A DNA stretch of 63,106 nt, counting the filler, from Octopus bimaculoides (lineage: Eukaryota), in assembly GCF_001194135.2 (NCBI RefSeq). It is 5 parts of 5 records of this genome, joined end to end, with 100 filler letters (N's around TTAATTAATTAA, not from the genome) between each part and the next. Parts side by side here need not be neighbours in the genome. Positions count along the whole stretch, not along the records: positions 39,138 to 59,227 come from NC_068986.1; positions 59,328 to 60,440 come from NC_068984.1; positions 60,541 to 63,106 come from NC_069000.1; 2 more parts are not named here. One strand, given 5' to 3'. Every line of letters starts with the position of its first letter. The first letter of the stretch is position 1. The notes beneath the pieces are model-generated. The model worked only from the letters and a program-made list of their open reading frames with translations. It was not told where the DNA came from and did not search any database. The position numbers were made by a program, and so were the translations under genes. Shown here one piece after another: positions 51,601 through 63,106 of the stretch.

Positions 51601-54244
51601 GGTAACGAGCTCTTATCACCCGTTTAAAGGTAACAATTTGCAAAATTCTCACACAAAAGACAACAAACAATCCAGAAAATGCGGGAGTTTTTTGCTCCCA
51701 AACAACAACGACAATAATATCGGGCAATCCCCGTTCTTAATGCTGCAAACTCGAGCAGGATTCACTTTAAAATGTGCCCCCCCTCTTTCTCCTCTTTCTA
51801 TCACACACACAATGAGTATACACGACACAAAAATTTTTTTATTCTACAATACTAACGGCATTAAAAACACCTTTATGGAATTATCATCGCACACAACGTA
51901 TACATAGCAATAATTCAAGAAACACCATCCATTGCAAATTATAGATAGACGAAACAAGACAGATTTTTCTGGTAAAGGTGGTGGTGTGAAAACATACATA
52001 CAAATCTTGCAATCAATCAATCGATCAATATATATATATNNNNNNNNNNNNNNNNNNNNNNNNNNNNNNNNNNNNNNNNNNNNNNNNNNNNNNNNNNNNN
52101 NNNNNNNNNNNNNNNNNNNNNNNNNNNNNNNNNNNNNNNNNNNNNNNNNNNNNNNNNNNNNNNNNNNNNNNNNNNNNNNNNNNNNNNNNNNNNNNNNNNN
52201 NNNNNNNNNNNNNNNNNNNNNNNNNNNNNNNNNNNNNNNNNNNNNNNNNNNNNNNNNNNNNNNNNNNNNNNNNNNNNNNNNNNNNNNNNNNNNNNNNNNN
52301 NNNNNNNNNNNNNNNNNNNNNNNNNNNNNNNNNNNNNNNNNNNNNNNNNNNNNNNNNNNNNNNNNNNNNNNNNNNNNNNNNNNNNNNNNNNNNNNNNNNN
52401 NNNNNNNNNNNNNNNNNNNNNNNNNNNNNNNNNNNNNNNNNNNNNNNNNNNNNNNNNNNNNNNNNNNNNGAGCAACTCCCGACTGATATAACCAGCAGGT
52501 AAGCAATTGTTCAACTTTCTACGGATCATTTACCTTTTATTTTTACTACAATACTCTCACACATAAACATTGAAAACAAAAAACACTTTCATAAAGATTT
52601 TTTTAAGAAAAGCAAAATGGAATGAGTTCCACAAACGAATTCCCCTAAGAAAACAGAATCAATATTTTCTGAGTTTATTGATTCGTCTCTGTGCAGATGA
52701 AGAGGGGATCCAGTTGCGACGATATGAAGACAAAAATGGTAGTACCAAACTTTCTTTAATGACACAATGTCTCTCATTTTGTCTGTCGGTCTGTTTGTCT
52801 GCCTGTCCGTTCGTCTGTCTACCTGTCTGTCGATCTGCTTGTCATTGTATCTGTCTACCTGTCTGTTGGTCTCTTTGTTTGTCTGTCTGTCCCTCTGTCT
52901 ACCAGTCTGTCAGTCTGTTTGTCTACCTATCCGTCCGTCCATCTATCTGTCTGTCTGTTGGTCTGTTTTAATTTTCAAAACTTCTCACTTTATGTTGTTG
53001 GTACTGCTGTTGCTGTTGTTGTGGTTGTTGTTTCGCTCCGGGTTAACCATGACTAAACAAAACAGTTATCAAAGGAATTCCAATCATGAAGGACCCCATA
53101 ATTTAGCGTGTCCGTCCTTGTTTAAGAGAATGGTTTTAGCAAGAGAGATTTGGTTGCAATTCCTGGCCAGTTAAGTGACTACGTAAAAGTTCCTTCGTTG
53201 AGTTGTTTCCTCCTTTTTCTAATAACCTTGCATTCTTTGTCAGTTTTATACTTCAAGAAAAGTTGTGATGCGCATGCGTGCACGACTAGATCAAAGTGCG
53301 TGAGTGCGCTCGCGCTGGCGTGTGTGTGTGTGTGTATCTTCTATGTATCTGGCTTGGCCCAAGGAGAAAGAATAATGTTGATGACTTGATTCAGATCATC
53401 TGAAACTTTTGAGGAGAAAAAGGAGGAGGTAATCCTCACCCGGTCGACCTGACATGAACACTCACAAGCGATAGGCCACACCAATGCAACCCAACAACAA
53501 GAGGGGTTCTTGGGTGCCATTGAAATCAAGATTAAACAGGGCAACAGATAAATTCCACTACACAACAACAAGAGCAGCTCGTCAGATAGTTTCACAGTTC
53601 CTTTCTACCGAATTTCACTCACAAATTTGAATAAATCGAGGTTATGGTATGTGTATATATATATATATATATANNNNNNNNNNNNNNNNNNNNNNNNNNN
53701 NNNNNNNNNNNNNNNNNNNNNNNNNNNNNNNNNNNNNNNNNNNNNNNNNNNNNNNNNNNNNNNNNNNNNNNNNNNNNNNNNNNNNNNNNNNNNNNNNNNN
53801 NNNNNNNNNNNNNNNNNNNNNNNNNNNNNNNNNNNNNNNNNNNNNNNNNNNNNNNNNNNNNNNNNNNNNNNNNNNNNNNNNNNNNNNNNNNNNNNNNNNN
53901 NNNNNNNNNNNNNNNNNNNNNNNNNNNNNNNNNNNNNNNNNNNNNNNNNNNNNNNNNNNNNNNNNNNNNNNNNNNNNNNNNNNNNNNNNNNNNNNNNNNN
54001 NNNNNNNNNNNNNNNNNNNNNNNNNNNNNNNNNNNNNNNNNNNNNNNNNNNNNNNNNNNNNNNNNNNNNNNNNNNNNNNNNNNNNNNNNNNNNNNNNNNN
54101 NNNNNNNNNNNNNNNNNNNNNNNNNNNNNNNNNNNNNNNNNNNNNNNNNNNNNNNNNNNNNNNNNNNNNNNNNNNNNNNNNNNNNNNNNNNNNNNNNNNN
54201 NNNNNNNNNNNNNNNNNNNNNNNNNNNNNNNNNNNNNNNNNNNN

Positions 54245-54282
<38 letters not shown>

Positions 54283-54625
54283 GCATACACATACGAGTGA
54301 ACAGATATTCGTCCCTTTGATCATTAATTCAAATCTCTAATCAGTAGGTATGTTGTTGCGTCTCTGAGGCGAAAATACTGTATAATTTTACGTTGAATTA
54401 ATTTGCCTGGATGTGAAGTATATGAATGAGAGCTTGTAGAAATATTATCAACAGAAGGTTGGCGTCCACTTATGGGGGATGTTTCTGTCTCATCAGCTCA
54501 AGAATGAAACTGAAAGTCAAGCTGGGTACTTGCATTTGCCCATGGAAATATTTGATACATGCACACGCACACACATATAGATAGATAGAGAGAGAGATAG
54601 ATAGATACATGCACACATAGATAGA

Positions 54626-54659
<34 letters not shown>

Positions 54660-56386
54660 CACACACACACACACACACACACCAATTCGTTTTGCAAGAT
54701 TCTTGATGTGAAATCGTGTGTTGAAAATGATATTGTTATATTTCAGGATGGTGCGTGTGTTTATTTGGCAAACAAAGAAAAAAAAAGCCCATCCCGAGAT
54801 ACAACAATATACGCACTACCCCGATATAATAGATTTGTATGTTCCCATACCGACATCACCAACCATCCCACCGGATATATAAAACAATTTAACACAGCTC
54901 CACAACTTAAAATATCATCACATGCACACACGCATGCACACACACACGTATACACACACACACACACATACACAATTTCCTATGTAAGACAATGGATCAG
55001 CACTCGTAAAATTTGTCTCCAAGGACCAGGTTTGAGCAAGGTGTCTTTTTACAGAAGACGAGCGGTTGCTTGTGTACAGAAGTACACAAATCTCCCCTCT
55101 GCCTGCCACCGATGTCCAAAATGAAGGCAAGGCCCGATACAACATGAGTAATTTTATGAATTTGCGAATTTTAATAGACGTTAATGCATCTTGAATCATT
55201 AATTTGAATTTCAGTTTGCCGACTATTCGAGTAATTAAAAAAATTGAAGCAATATGAACAAACACGAGCAAAAATATTCGAAATATGATTAGCAACGAGC
55301 CTAAAAGTAGAAGATAGATGGTAAACGTTGGTGTTTCGGGAACCATATGTAACCTTCAAAGATCATAACAATAATCATCTTACCTACTTCGAACGTAGTT
55401 TAAGAAATCCGGCAAAAAGTGAGATAAATAAAAGTATTTAAGTTCACTCGTTTTTAACATTAAACAGGCCACCTCTTCTCCATTATAGAATAATAGTTTA
55501 TTGGCTGTTAATTCAATCATAGGACATACAAAATATGTATCTTTGCAAATTTTTGCAATTCTATATATTAAAGTTCTGTCTATCAACAAGTATATCATTT
55601 TTGAAAAAAGGTTTAAAATTCGAAAGAGAACTTTTATTCCAATTAATGATTATGACATGGATATTGTAATACACGTAAGGATATCTTTACTATTTTCGAT
55701 CATTCATTTTGGGTTAAACTAATTGTTTGATACAAACATTAAATCTTGCAGTGGGAATTGGTAGGATTGCACCTCTTAGATTTGCTTCGGAAAATATACT
55801 TCTCAACAGAATCCAATCTTTACACAGCAGAAACAAATATAAATGTACTTAATTTATTGAAGAACACTAGATTTAAGGTAGTGCTATAAAAAGAAACACA
55901 CAGAAGACTTCTAGCAAACCTGATTAGAAATTGCAGTATATATATGATGTGAATTCCAATAATCTTTCAGTAACCCTTAGAAACTGAATTAAAATCATTA
56001 GTAAACGCAAATCCAGCTCCTCCTTTGTTGAAATAATTGTAATCACGCTGCTCATTATTACAATGACGAATTAAGGAACGATATATTTTACTGAGAACTT
56101 AATCAATACTCAAACGCAAGAATACGATATGAGGTAATATGATATGATCCTCCATGTAGCTTCAATATCTGTTCCAATGTTTGTAGGGTTTTCTTAAACC
56201 TTATAAACAAGCTCTTCTTCGTAGACCCTTCTTATTAGAAACTCTTTAATATAAACAGCGTTCAAACGAATAGCTCTTCCGTTAAAATTTTTGATACTTC
56301 CACAGTTAATAAAAAAAAAAACGATTGTCTATAACAAATACACAAAGCTTACCTCTTCTATTTAATTTTTACAACCATATCTACCG

Positions 56387-56604
56387 CAGTGGTTTTCAAC
56401 CAAATTTTGCCTGTAGACCACCTTAGTCCCCATTTTATTCAGGTGGACCTTCATAACAATTCGATTTATAAAAATCTTATATTTTCATTATTAAATATTT
56501 TTAGGGATTGTGTAAAAAAATTCTTCAACCAATTTGTTGCATATAAATTTTAACATCTTATATGGACTCCCAAGGGTTATATGGATCTTGGTTTAGAACC
56601 ACCG
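56387..56604. mobile_element. hAT-type MITE (218 bp)
   Basis: TIRs CAGTGGTTTTCAACC / GGTTTAGAACCACCG; 8-bp target-site duplication atctaccg / atctaccc. Confidence 0.8.
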
Positions 56605-57179
56605 ATCTACCCTTTCAATGTCACGTGTCTTTCTAAAGTATTAGTTTATTGAGTTGCGGTCCCTCTTGCAAACAACGGTGAAATAAAAACAGCTTTAGAG
56701 AGCTAAATGAAACTTTCATTACGAAACGATTCTCCCAAAATGTACACACCTAAAGCTGTTTTTATTTCACCGTTGTTTGCAAGAGGGACTAAAAAACATT
56801 ACACCGCTTCACTCTCCAAATATTTTGGGGATTTAAAGGACAACATAATCAATTATGAGACAATCGATTTGTCCCTTAATGCACCTCACTACTTCATGTT
56901 CGGTACTTGGTTCTAGCAAATATCCTATGCGATGTTCTTACTCTTCTCACCATTTCTGTCAACCGATTTATCTACCTGACTATTTATATATCGAGTCATC
57001 TCCCTATTCATACACCTACCTGCATCTACCCCCTTCCCTATTTACCAACCTACTCCATCTACCTACCTACCTACATACATACATACATACATGCATAATA
57101 CCTACATACACATACATACACACACACAATATATATATCTTTATATATATATGTGTCTATATATATATAAATATGTGTC

Positions 57180-57215
<36 letters not shown>

Positions 57216-58453
57216 TAAATTATATATCAATTCAAATTACGATGAACGTAAACAAACAAACGTTGTTTGCTTTAGAAGCGTTGAGATGTCTTAGAAAGTT
57301 AAAGAAGTGATTTTCAATTCTCAAACGCAGGATAATGCTAATAGTATAGCCTGAACAGGATAAGCTATCCCTATTTTGCAGAAAAAAGTGTTGGCGGTCG
57401 GATTCATGGAATTGTGTGGCTATCACCACAGAAAGCTCTTCTCACGGACTCGGCTAGCAAACGACATAGCAATCCAGTATAGAGTAGTATAATGCAGAGG
57501 TCTATGCAGTTGAAATCTGGGAGATCCGGTCGATGGTTTATTTATATATATATANNNNNNNNNNNNNNNNNNNNNNNNNNNNNNNNNNNNNNNNNNNNNN
57601 NNNNNNNNNNNNNNNNNNNNNNNNNNNNNNNNNNNNNNNNNNNNNNNNNNNNNNNNNNNNNNNNNNNNNNNNNNNNNNNNNNNNNNNNNNNNNNNNNNNN
57701 NNNNNNNNNNNTTTTCCGGACCAAGGAAAAATAATGTGACTTAAACAAATATTAAATTTACTTAAATGGAATACAGGTACAACATTAGTATAAATTAGTG
57801 TGAGTTAAAAGAGGTTCCGGACCATTAGTGTCCGAAATGTCGGTGGTGTATCACTCTCCGTGTGTGTGTGTGTGTGTGTGCGTGCGTGTGTGCGTGTGTG
57901 TGTGTAGTCGGGCGCTCCCACGTGTCTACATCGGAAGCTGAAGGCCCAGGCAAGCAAGCAGGCCAAGGCAGCCATATACATGTGCTAAAGGTGTCCATGT
58001 GTTGTTTGGTGTGAGACCATAACGCATTGTGGTTGTGCAAGCTGGTATTGTGTTGTTGTATGCGTATGAGTATGGGGATGAGGCAAAGCAGATCTTACTC
58101 ACCTTGGTCAGGAATACGTTTTTGTTTATTGGAGAGAGATCTTGTGAGTGTCGCATTTACAGATGGTGACGAGCACCGGATATTTTGTTGAGTTGTTGTT
58201 CACGGGCGATTAGGACGCGGAAGCTCTCAGCGATACAGAAATTACGATTTCGGCTACTGTAATATGACTGTACTTTAGCAATGGCTCTTCTCTTTAAACC
58301 ACGATCCATTTAGTAGAACTTTAAACTGATGTGAACTCCCAGCTTAAATTTTGTATGTATGTGTGTCTATCTATCTATCTGTGTATCTGTCTGTCTGTCT
58401 ATCTGTGTGTCTGTCTGTCTATCTGTGTGTCTGTCTGTCTGTCTATCTGTGTA

Positions 58454-58488
<35 letters not shown>

Positions 58489-59184
58489 GTGTATCTGTCT
58501 GTCTGTCTGTCTATCTATCTGTGTATCTGTCTGTCTGTCTGTCTATCTATCTGTGTATCTGTCTGTCTGTCTATCTGTGTGTCTGTCTGTCTGTCTATCT
58601 ATCTGTCTGTCTGTCTGTCTGGCTATCTGTCTATTTATCTTCACTGTAATGTAGTTTTTGCATGTATATTTGCATGCCTTCATGTCATTACATGTGTATA
58701 TTTGCATGTTTCGTCTTACGTATGCGTATACATACGTTGTATCTATGCATGCATGACGGTATGTATTTATGCATGCATGAATTAAGACCAGTTACTCATC
58801 GTTGATATTAAAAAGAAGGAACCAGCTCTGAAAATTGGTTAACGTGCGATGTCACAACTGACACGCATAACGCAAAGAAGATTGCTTGATGGTGACGATG
58901 TCTATAAAAGGGCTACACCTCAGGGAAATAAGTCGTCTCCTCCCTAAATGGGAAATATACCCCCTGCATTTATCACATATTTCATCTAGAGAATGAAATA
59001 CTGCAGTTTTATTAAAATTTCACAAATCGAAGTTAAAATATTGTAGTTTCGATGGGTTTTGGTGATTAAAACTTTTGTTTCAATGTTTGATTCAATGAGA
59101 AAATTGTAATTACATAATTGTTCATAATTTACATTCAACATAAACATACACAAACACACGTACATACATACATACATACATACA

Positions 59185-59227
<43 letters not shown>

Positions 59228-60540
59228 NNNNNNNNNNNNNNNNNNNNNNNNNNNNNNNNNNNNNNNNNNNNTTAATTAATTAANNNNNNNNNNNNNNNNN
59301 NNNNNNNNNNNNNNNNNNNNNNNNNNNGCGTGTTCTGAGTTCAAATTCCGCCGAGGTTCACTTTGCCTTTCATCCTTTCGGGACTCGATCAAACAAAGTA
59401 CCAGTTCCGCACTGAGGTCCTGTAATCGACTCAATCTCCTTCCACTAGCTGCGTTTGTGGCAAAACTTTGAAATCATTATATCTATTCCATTTGATTTTA
59501 GAAAAATTAAATCATTTCTTTGACAATTACTGTGTGTATTGGACTTATTTTGTGCGTGACTTTTGGCCCAACCCGTATTTATTTTTAATTGCAATATGCA
59601 ATTAAATATAAGCCAAAGGAATCAAGGCATATGTCTGCGACAACTAATGATCTCTATAACAAATGTATATTACATTATATTAGTTAACAAACAGTATAGT
59701 ATTTTGATAGTTAAAATTTTACAGCTAAACCTCATTTCATCCTTGCCACGTGACGGAAACCAGTAAAAGCGTAACACGTTGTAATATAATTTATATGACA
59801 TCTTCCATTAAAAAAAAAATGTAGTAAAGATGAAAAAAAAAAAAAGGTTCCTCAGTCGTTCATTTGATCCTAACATGTTAAATCTCCTCATCCCATCAGA
59901 CTCATGTCACACAACATTAATTCAAGAAGATTACTTTAGAACATTTCCATTAACGGTGTTCTTGCAATCACAATATTTTTCATAATGACATACATGAATC
60001 GAGAGAACATAGCATACAACACACATACACATGCAAATATACGCAAGCATAAAGTCGCATGCACACACACACACACACAACATTAAATCAATAAAGGATT
60101 CAATACGGGAATGAATTTTATTAATGAATAATGAACGCGCTGCATATAACGCGCACATACAAAAGACACGTGTATACATACATACATATATATAAACACA
60201 CCAACATCGGTTGTTGGGGGGGGGCAAGCACCGACACACACATACACACACACCTGCACACACTCACACACATAAACACACATTTATATATATACGACGG
60301 GCTTCTTTCAGTTTCTGTCTCGCAAATCAACTCACAAGGCTTTGGTCAGCCCGAGACTATTGTAGAAGACACCTGCCCAGTGGTACTGAACTCGGAACCA
60401 TGTGGCTGATAAGCAAGCTACTTACCACACAGCCACTCCTNNNNNNNNNNNNNNNNNNNNNNNNNNNNNNNNNNNNNNNNNNNNTTAATTAATTAANNNN
60501 NNNNNNNNNNNNNNNNNNNNNNNNNNNNNNNNNNNNNNNN

Positions 60541-60677
60541 GACTTTGCCTTTCATCCTTTCGGGGTCGATTAAATAAGTACTAGTTACGCGCTGGGGTCG
60601 ACATAATCGACTTAATCCGTTTGTCTGTCCTTGCTTGTCTCCTCTTTGTGTAGCCCTTTGTGGGTAGTAAAGAAATA
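60541..60677 (+). mobile_element. Fourth SINE-like family (also 59328-59480, 47700-47830, 12505-12595)
   Basis: Shared gagttcaaat(t)cc...actttgcctttcatcctttcggg...aagtaccag. Confidence 0.65.
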
Positions 60678-61699
60678 ACACACACGAATGCGCGCGCGCG
60701 CACATACACACAAGTTTTGTGGCCCTCGTGAAACTCCACCATTTATGCTGCTTTAGATTTCTTTCCATTGTCGGTATTTCTTGAGAGAGCAATGTTGATA
60801 TCACTGCTCTCGTGTGTGCTTCTTGCTTTGATGTTTGTTCACTAGTGATCTTTCACAAGTTGAATTGCTGTTTGCATGTGTTAATATCGACTCCATATAA
60901 AACATTTGCGTTTTCCGACAGAGTATTGAAAATCTGTGGCCATTTGTCACACAATTTATTACAATACTTGGTCTCTCCAACGGTGAGAACTTTCGACCAT
61001 CTGCACTGTTATCCAATTCAGATGTTTGCATAGCTCTCAATAACGAGATTTGATGCCAGACTTCTAACATCTTCCTCCCTTCTGCCGTCCACGAAATAGA
61101 GTCATAACACTTTCAACCTCCCTCAGTTGTTCATCTGGTTCATGAAGACAATCTTCATGCTATAGGAACATAAGATTACTTCAAGTTCTGTAGTAAACTT
61201 GACACTAAATATTAATCACAGCTGCGAGAAATAATTCACATGACTGAGAAAACGTTCTCTACAAAACCAGTATTACTTATTATTCGCTTATTCTAAATGT
61301 TCTCAGAATACATCCTGCCAGTCAGCAATATGTTGTTGCCATCTTAATTGTATGCACAATAAAAGATGCATCGTCACTCACTGTAATTGGCAGGGTTACA
61401 CACTCATTGTGAGCCTGGGGTTGTAGTCTCTTCCGGTCGCCGTGTATATTGGTTGCATTGTGCTAAAATTGCTTTAAACTTTCAGTGTTAAATAACATCT
61501 TGTTTTCATCAGCCCACTTGTGCATAGTATTGAAGTTTTTCAAAAACATTCTGACATTCATCGAGACATTTGATTTCATTTCCTTTCCATGTTATCTTAC
61601 CACCACCATCATAACTACTCGGTTGACTCAAAAGTCTTTTCGTATTTAAAACATTGATTAATAACTCAAACAAATTACTTACGAAAAGCGTTTATTTAT

Positions 61700-62700
61700 C
61701 AAAATATATTCTATCATATTCTCTCATATTCTATTGTCAGTTTCCATCGTTGTACCGGAAGCTCAATTCTACGCTTATAGATTTGACTGGTTTATTGGCA
61801 AAAACACCTTACCCCTCAGCTTCATCCACATTATTGAACCACCGTCCGTGCAGCTCGGAAAAAGTGGGAATTTGATGGACTGTAGGCAGGGTGAGGTAGC
61901 ACTTTCAGCCCCTCAAATTTTCGCTGGTCACATTGCCAGTATACTGGGGCATTGTCATGCTTCAGGAGTGCATATCTTCGATTGATCAATGTCGGGCAGC
62001 GGGTTTTCAAAGCATTATATATTCGCCATTGTTGAGTTACTGCTCACAGTATGACCATCTGGGACAAACTCAAAGCGCAATACTCCCTCGAAATTCCGCC
62101 AACTACACAACATGAGATTCTGTTCAAACCGCTTTTGTTTGAATATAGGTTCTGATGACTGGCCGGAACGAAGACACTGATTTATCTTATTAAAATTGCA
62201 AAAATAAATTCATTTTTCATCCCCAGTTACAATTCGATGCCAAAAAAACGGGCATTCGAGGATCTGCCAGTAGTTGTGTGCAAATGTTCAGACGTCGTTG
62301 AGCCTGGTCATTGGTCAGTTCGTGAGGAGCTTCTCAACGGTGTCTGTTTACAAGGCTGAGCTTATGAAGGTACTGATTGATAGTACTTTGTGAGAGACCA
62401 AGTTCTGCTGACAATGTACGAGTTCTTGTGTTTGGCTGTTGTTCAACCGTTTCAAACAAGGCCTCGTCTTCTACAACAAAAGATCTCCCTAACCTTGGTT
62501 TGTCTTCGAAGCTGGTGTCATCTTCCTCGAAACATCTAAACAAGTTTTGTGCCACACTTTCGTTGACTGTTCCTCTGGTTTCCACCTCATTAATTTCTTT
62601 TGCCGCTCTCCTTGCACTTAGCCATTTTTTTTCTTCTAAAGGTAGGATAAAATCGCACTAATTGCAATTTTTTTCACCACTCCTTATCAAACCTGTAAAA
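61700..62700 (-). mobile_element. Decayed mariner transposase (near full length)
   Basis: HTH region ...FEDKPRLGRSFVVEDEALFETVEQQP...LGLSQSTINQYLHKL, then APHELT, RIVTGDEK*, LKHDNAP, LPHPAYSP; stops and frameshifts; TIRs not resolved. Confidence 0.88.
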
Positions 62701-62963
62701 TAAAGAATGAACATTTAATGTCTATTATAGATATTGATATGTTAAGTATGAAAATAAATAATAAACAGCTCAGCAACGATTGGCCAAAATGTTGTATCAA
62801 ATTAAGGATATTTCATGGGGATATAAAATGCCAAAAATCATTAGTCAACATCCTATTAAATCAAGAAGCTGTTTATCCCATTAAGGAGATGTGTGAGAAA
62901 GTTACTATAAGGAGTAACTACCTAAAAATTGATCCTAGAGATACTCTGCTCAGAAGTCTTAAA

Positions 62964-63106
62964 TTTTATGAAAGAACATCGATGGATTTTATGAAAGAAC
63001 ATCGATGGATTTTATGAAAGAACATCGATGGATTTTATGAAAGAACATCGATGGATTTTATGAAAGAACATCGATGGATTTTATGAAAGAACATCGATGG
63101 ATTTTA
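62964..63106. repeat. Perfect 23-bp tandem repeat, >=6 copies, running off the window
   Basis: Unit TTTTATGAAAGAACATCGATGGA. Confidence 0.95.

Noticed and set aside
53341-53595. 84-aa ORF; also exon-like stretches at 55054-55150, 57376-57480 and 57926-58225
   Set aside because: No recognisable family, weak or missing splice pairs, stops in the expected frames

Overview
Eukaryotic, AT-rich, microsatellite- and gap-rich draft-assembly window. By its SINE/RTE repertoire and [10 protein letters not shown]-type fingers it is most likely coleoid cephalopod (Octopus-like); this is an inference, not a database match. The core is a head-to-tail cluster of three minus-strand tandem C2H2 zinc-finger genes with no recognisable effector domain (KRAB/BTB/SCAN/ZAD not seen), each with one long terminal exon behind a conserved splice acceptor. 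They are in three different states. ZNF-C (36645-37964) is intact with 15 fingers. ZNF-B (29130-30566) has 16 finger units, 3 of them degenerate, and is truncated, leaving about 4-5 fossil fingers in its 3' flank that were then hit by a TTAA piggyBac-type MITE. ZNF-A (20173-21105) has 10 intact fingers behind a crippled start and a +1 frameshift in finger 1. The putative 5' regions of ZNF-A and ZNF-B carry hairpin DNA: a ~530-bp inverted duplication and four copies of a palindromic GGTACTACTAAAG-ended element, the longest with complementary telomere-like (CCCTAA/TTAGGG) arms, a G4 motif and an octamer-like loop. A duplicated promoter/first-exon-like module suggests a fourth gene is missing near a scaffold join. 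The rest is tRNA-derived SINEs, RTE, CR1-like and I/Ingi-like LINE remnants, a decayed mariner, hAT/mariner MITEs, Penelope-type repeats with degenerate hammerhead-like motifs, tandem repeats, and four 100-bp artificial scaffold spacers (N44-TTAATTAATTAA-N44). No rRNA, true tRNA or CRISPR array is supported. Most ORFs in the supplied track are microsatellite, N-gap or antisense artefacts.
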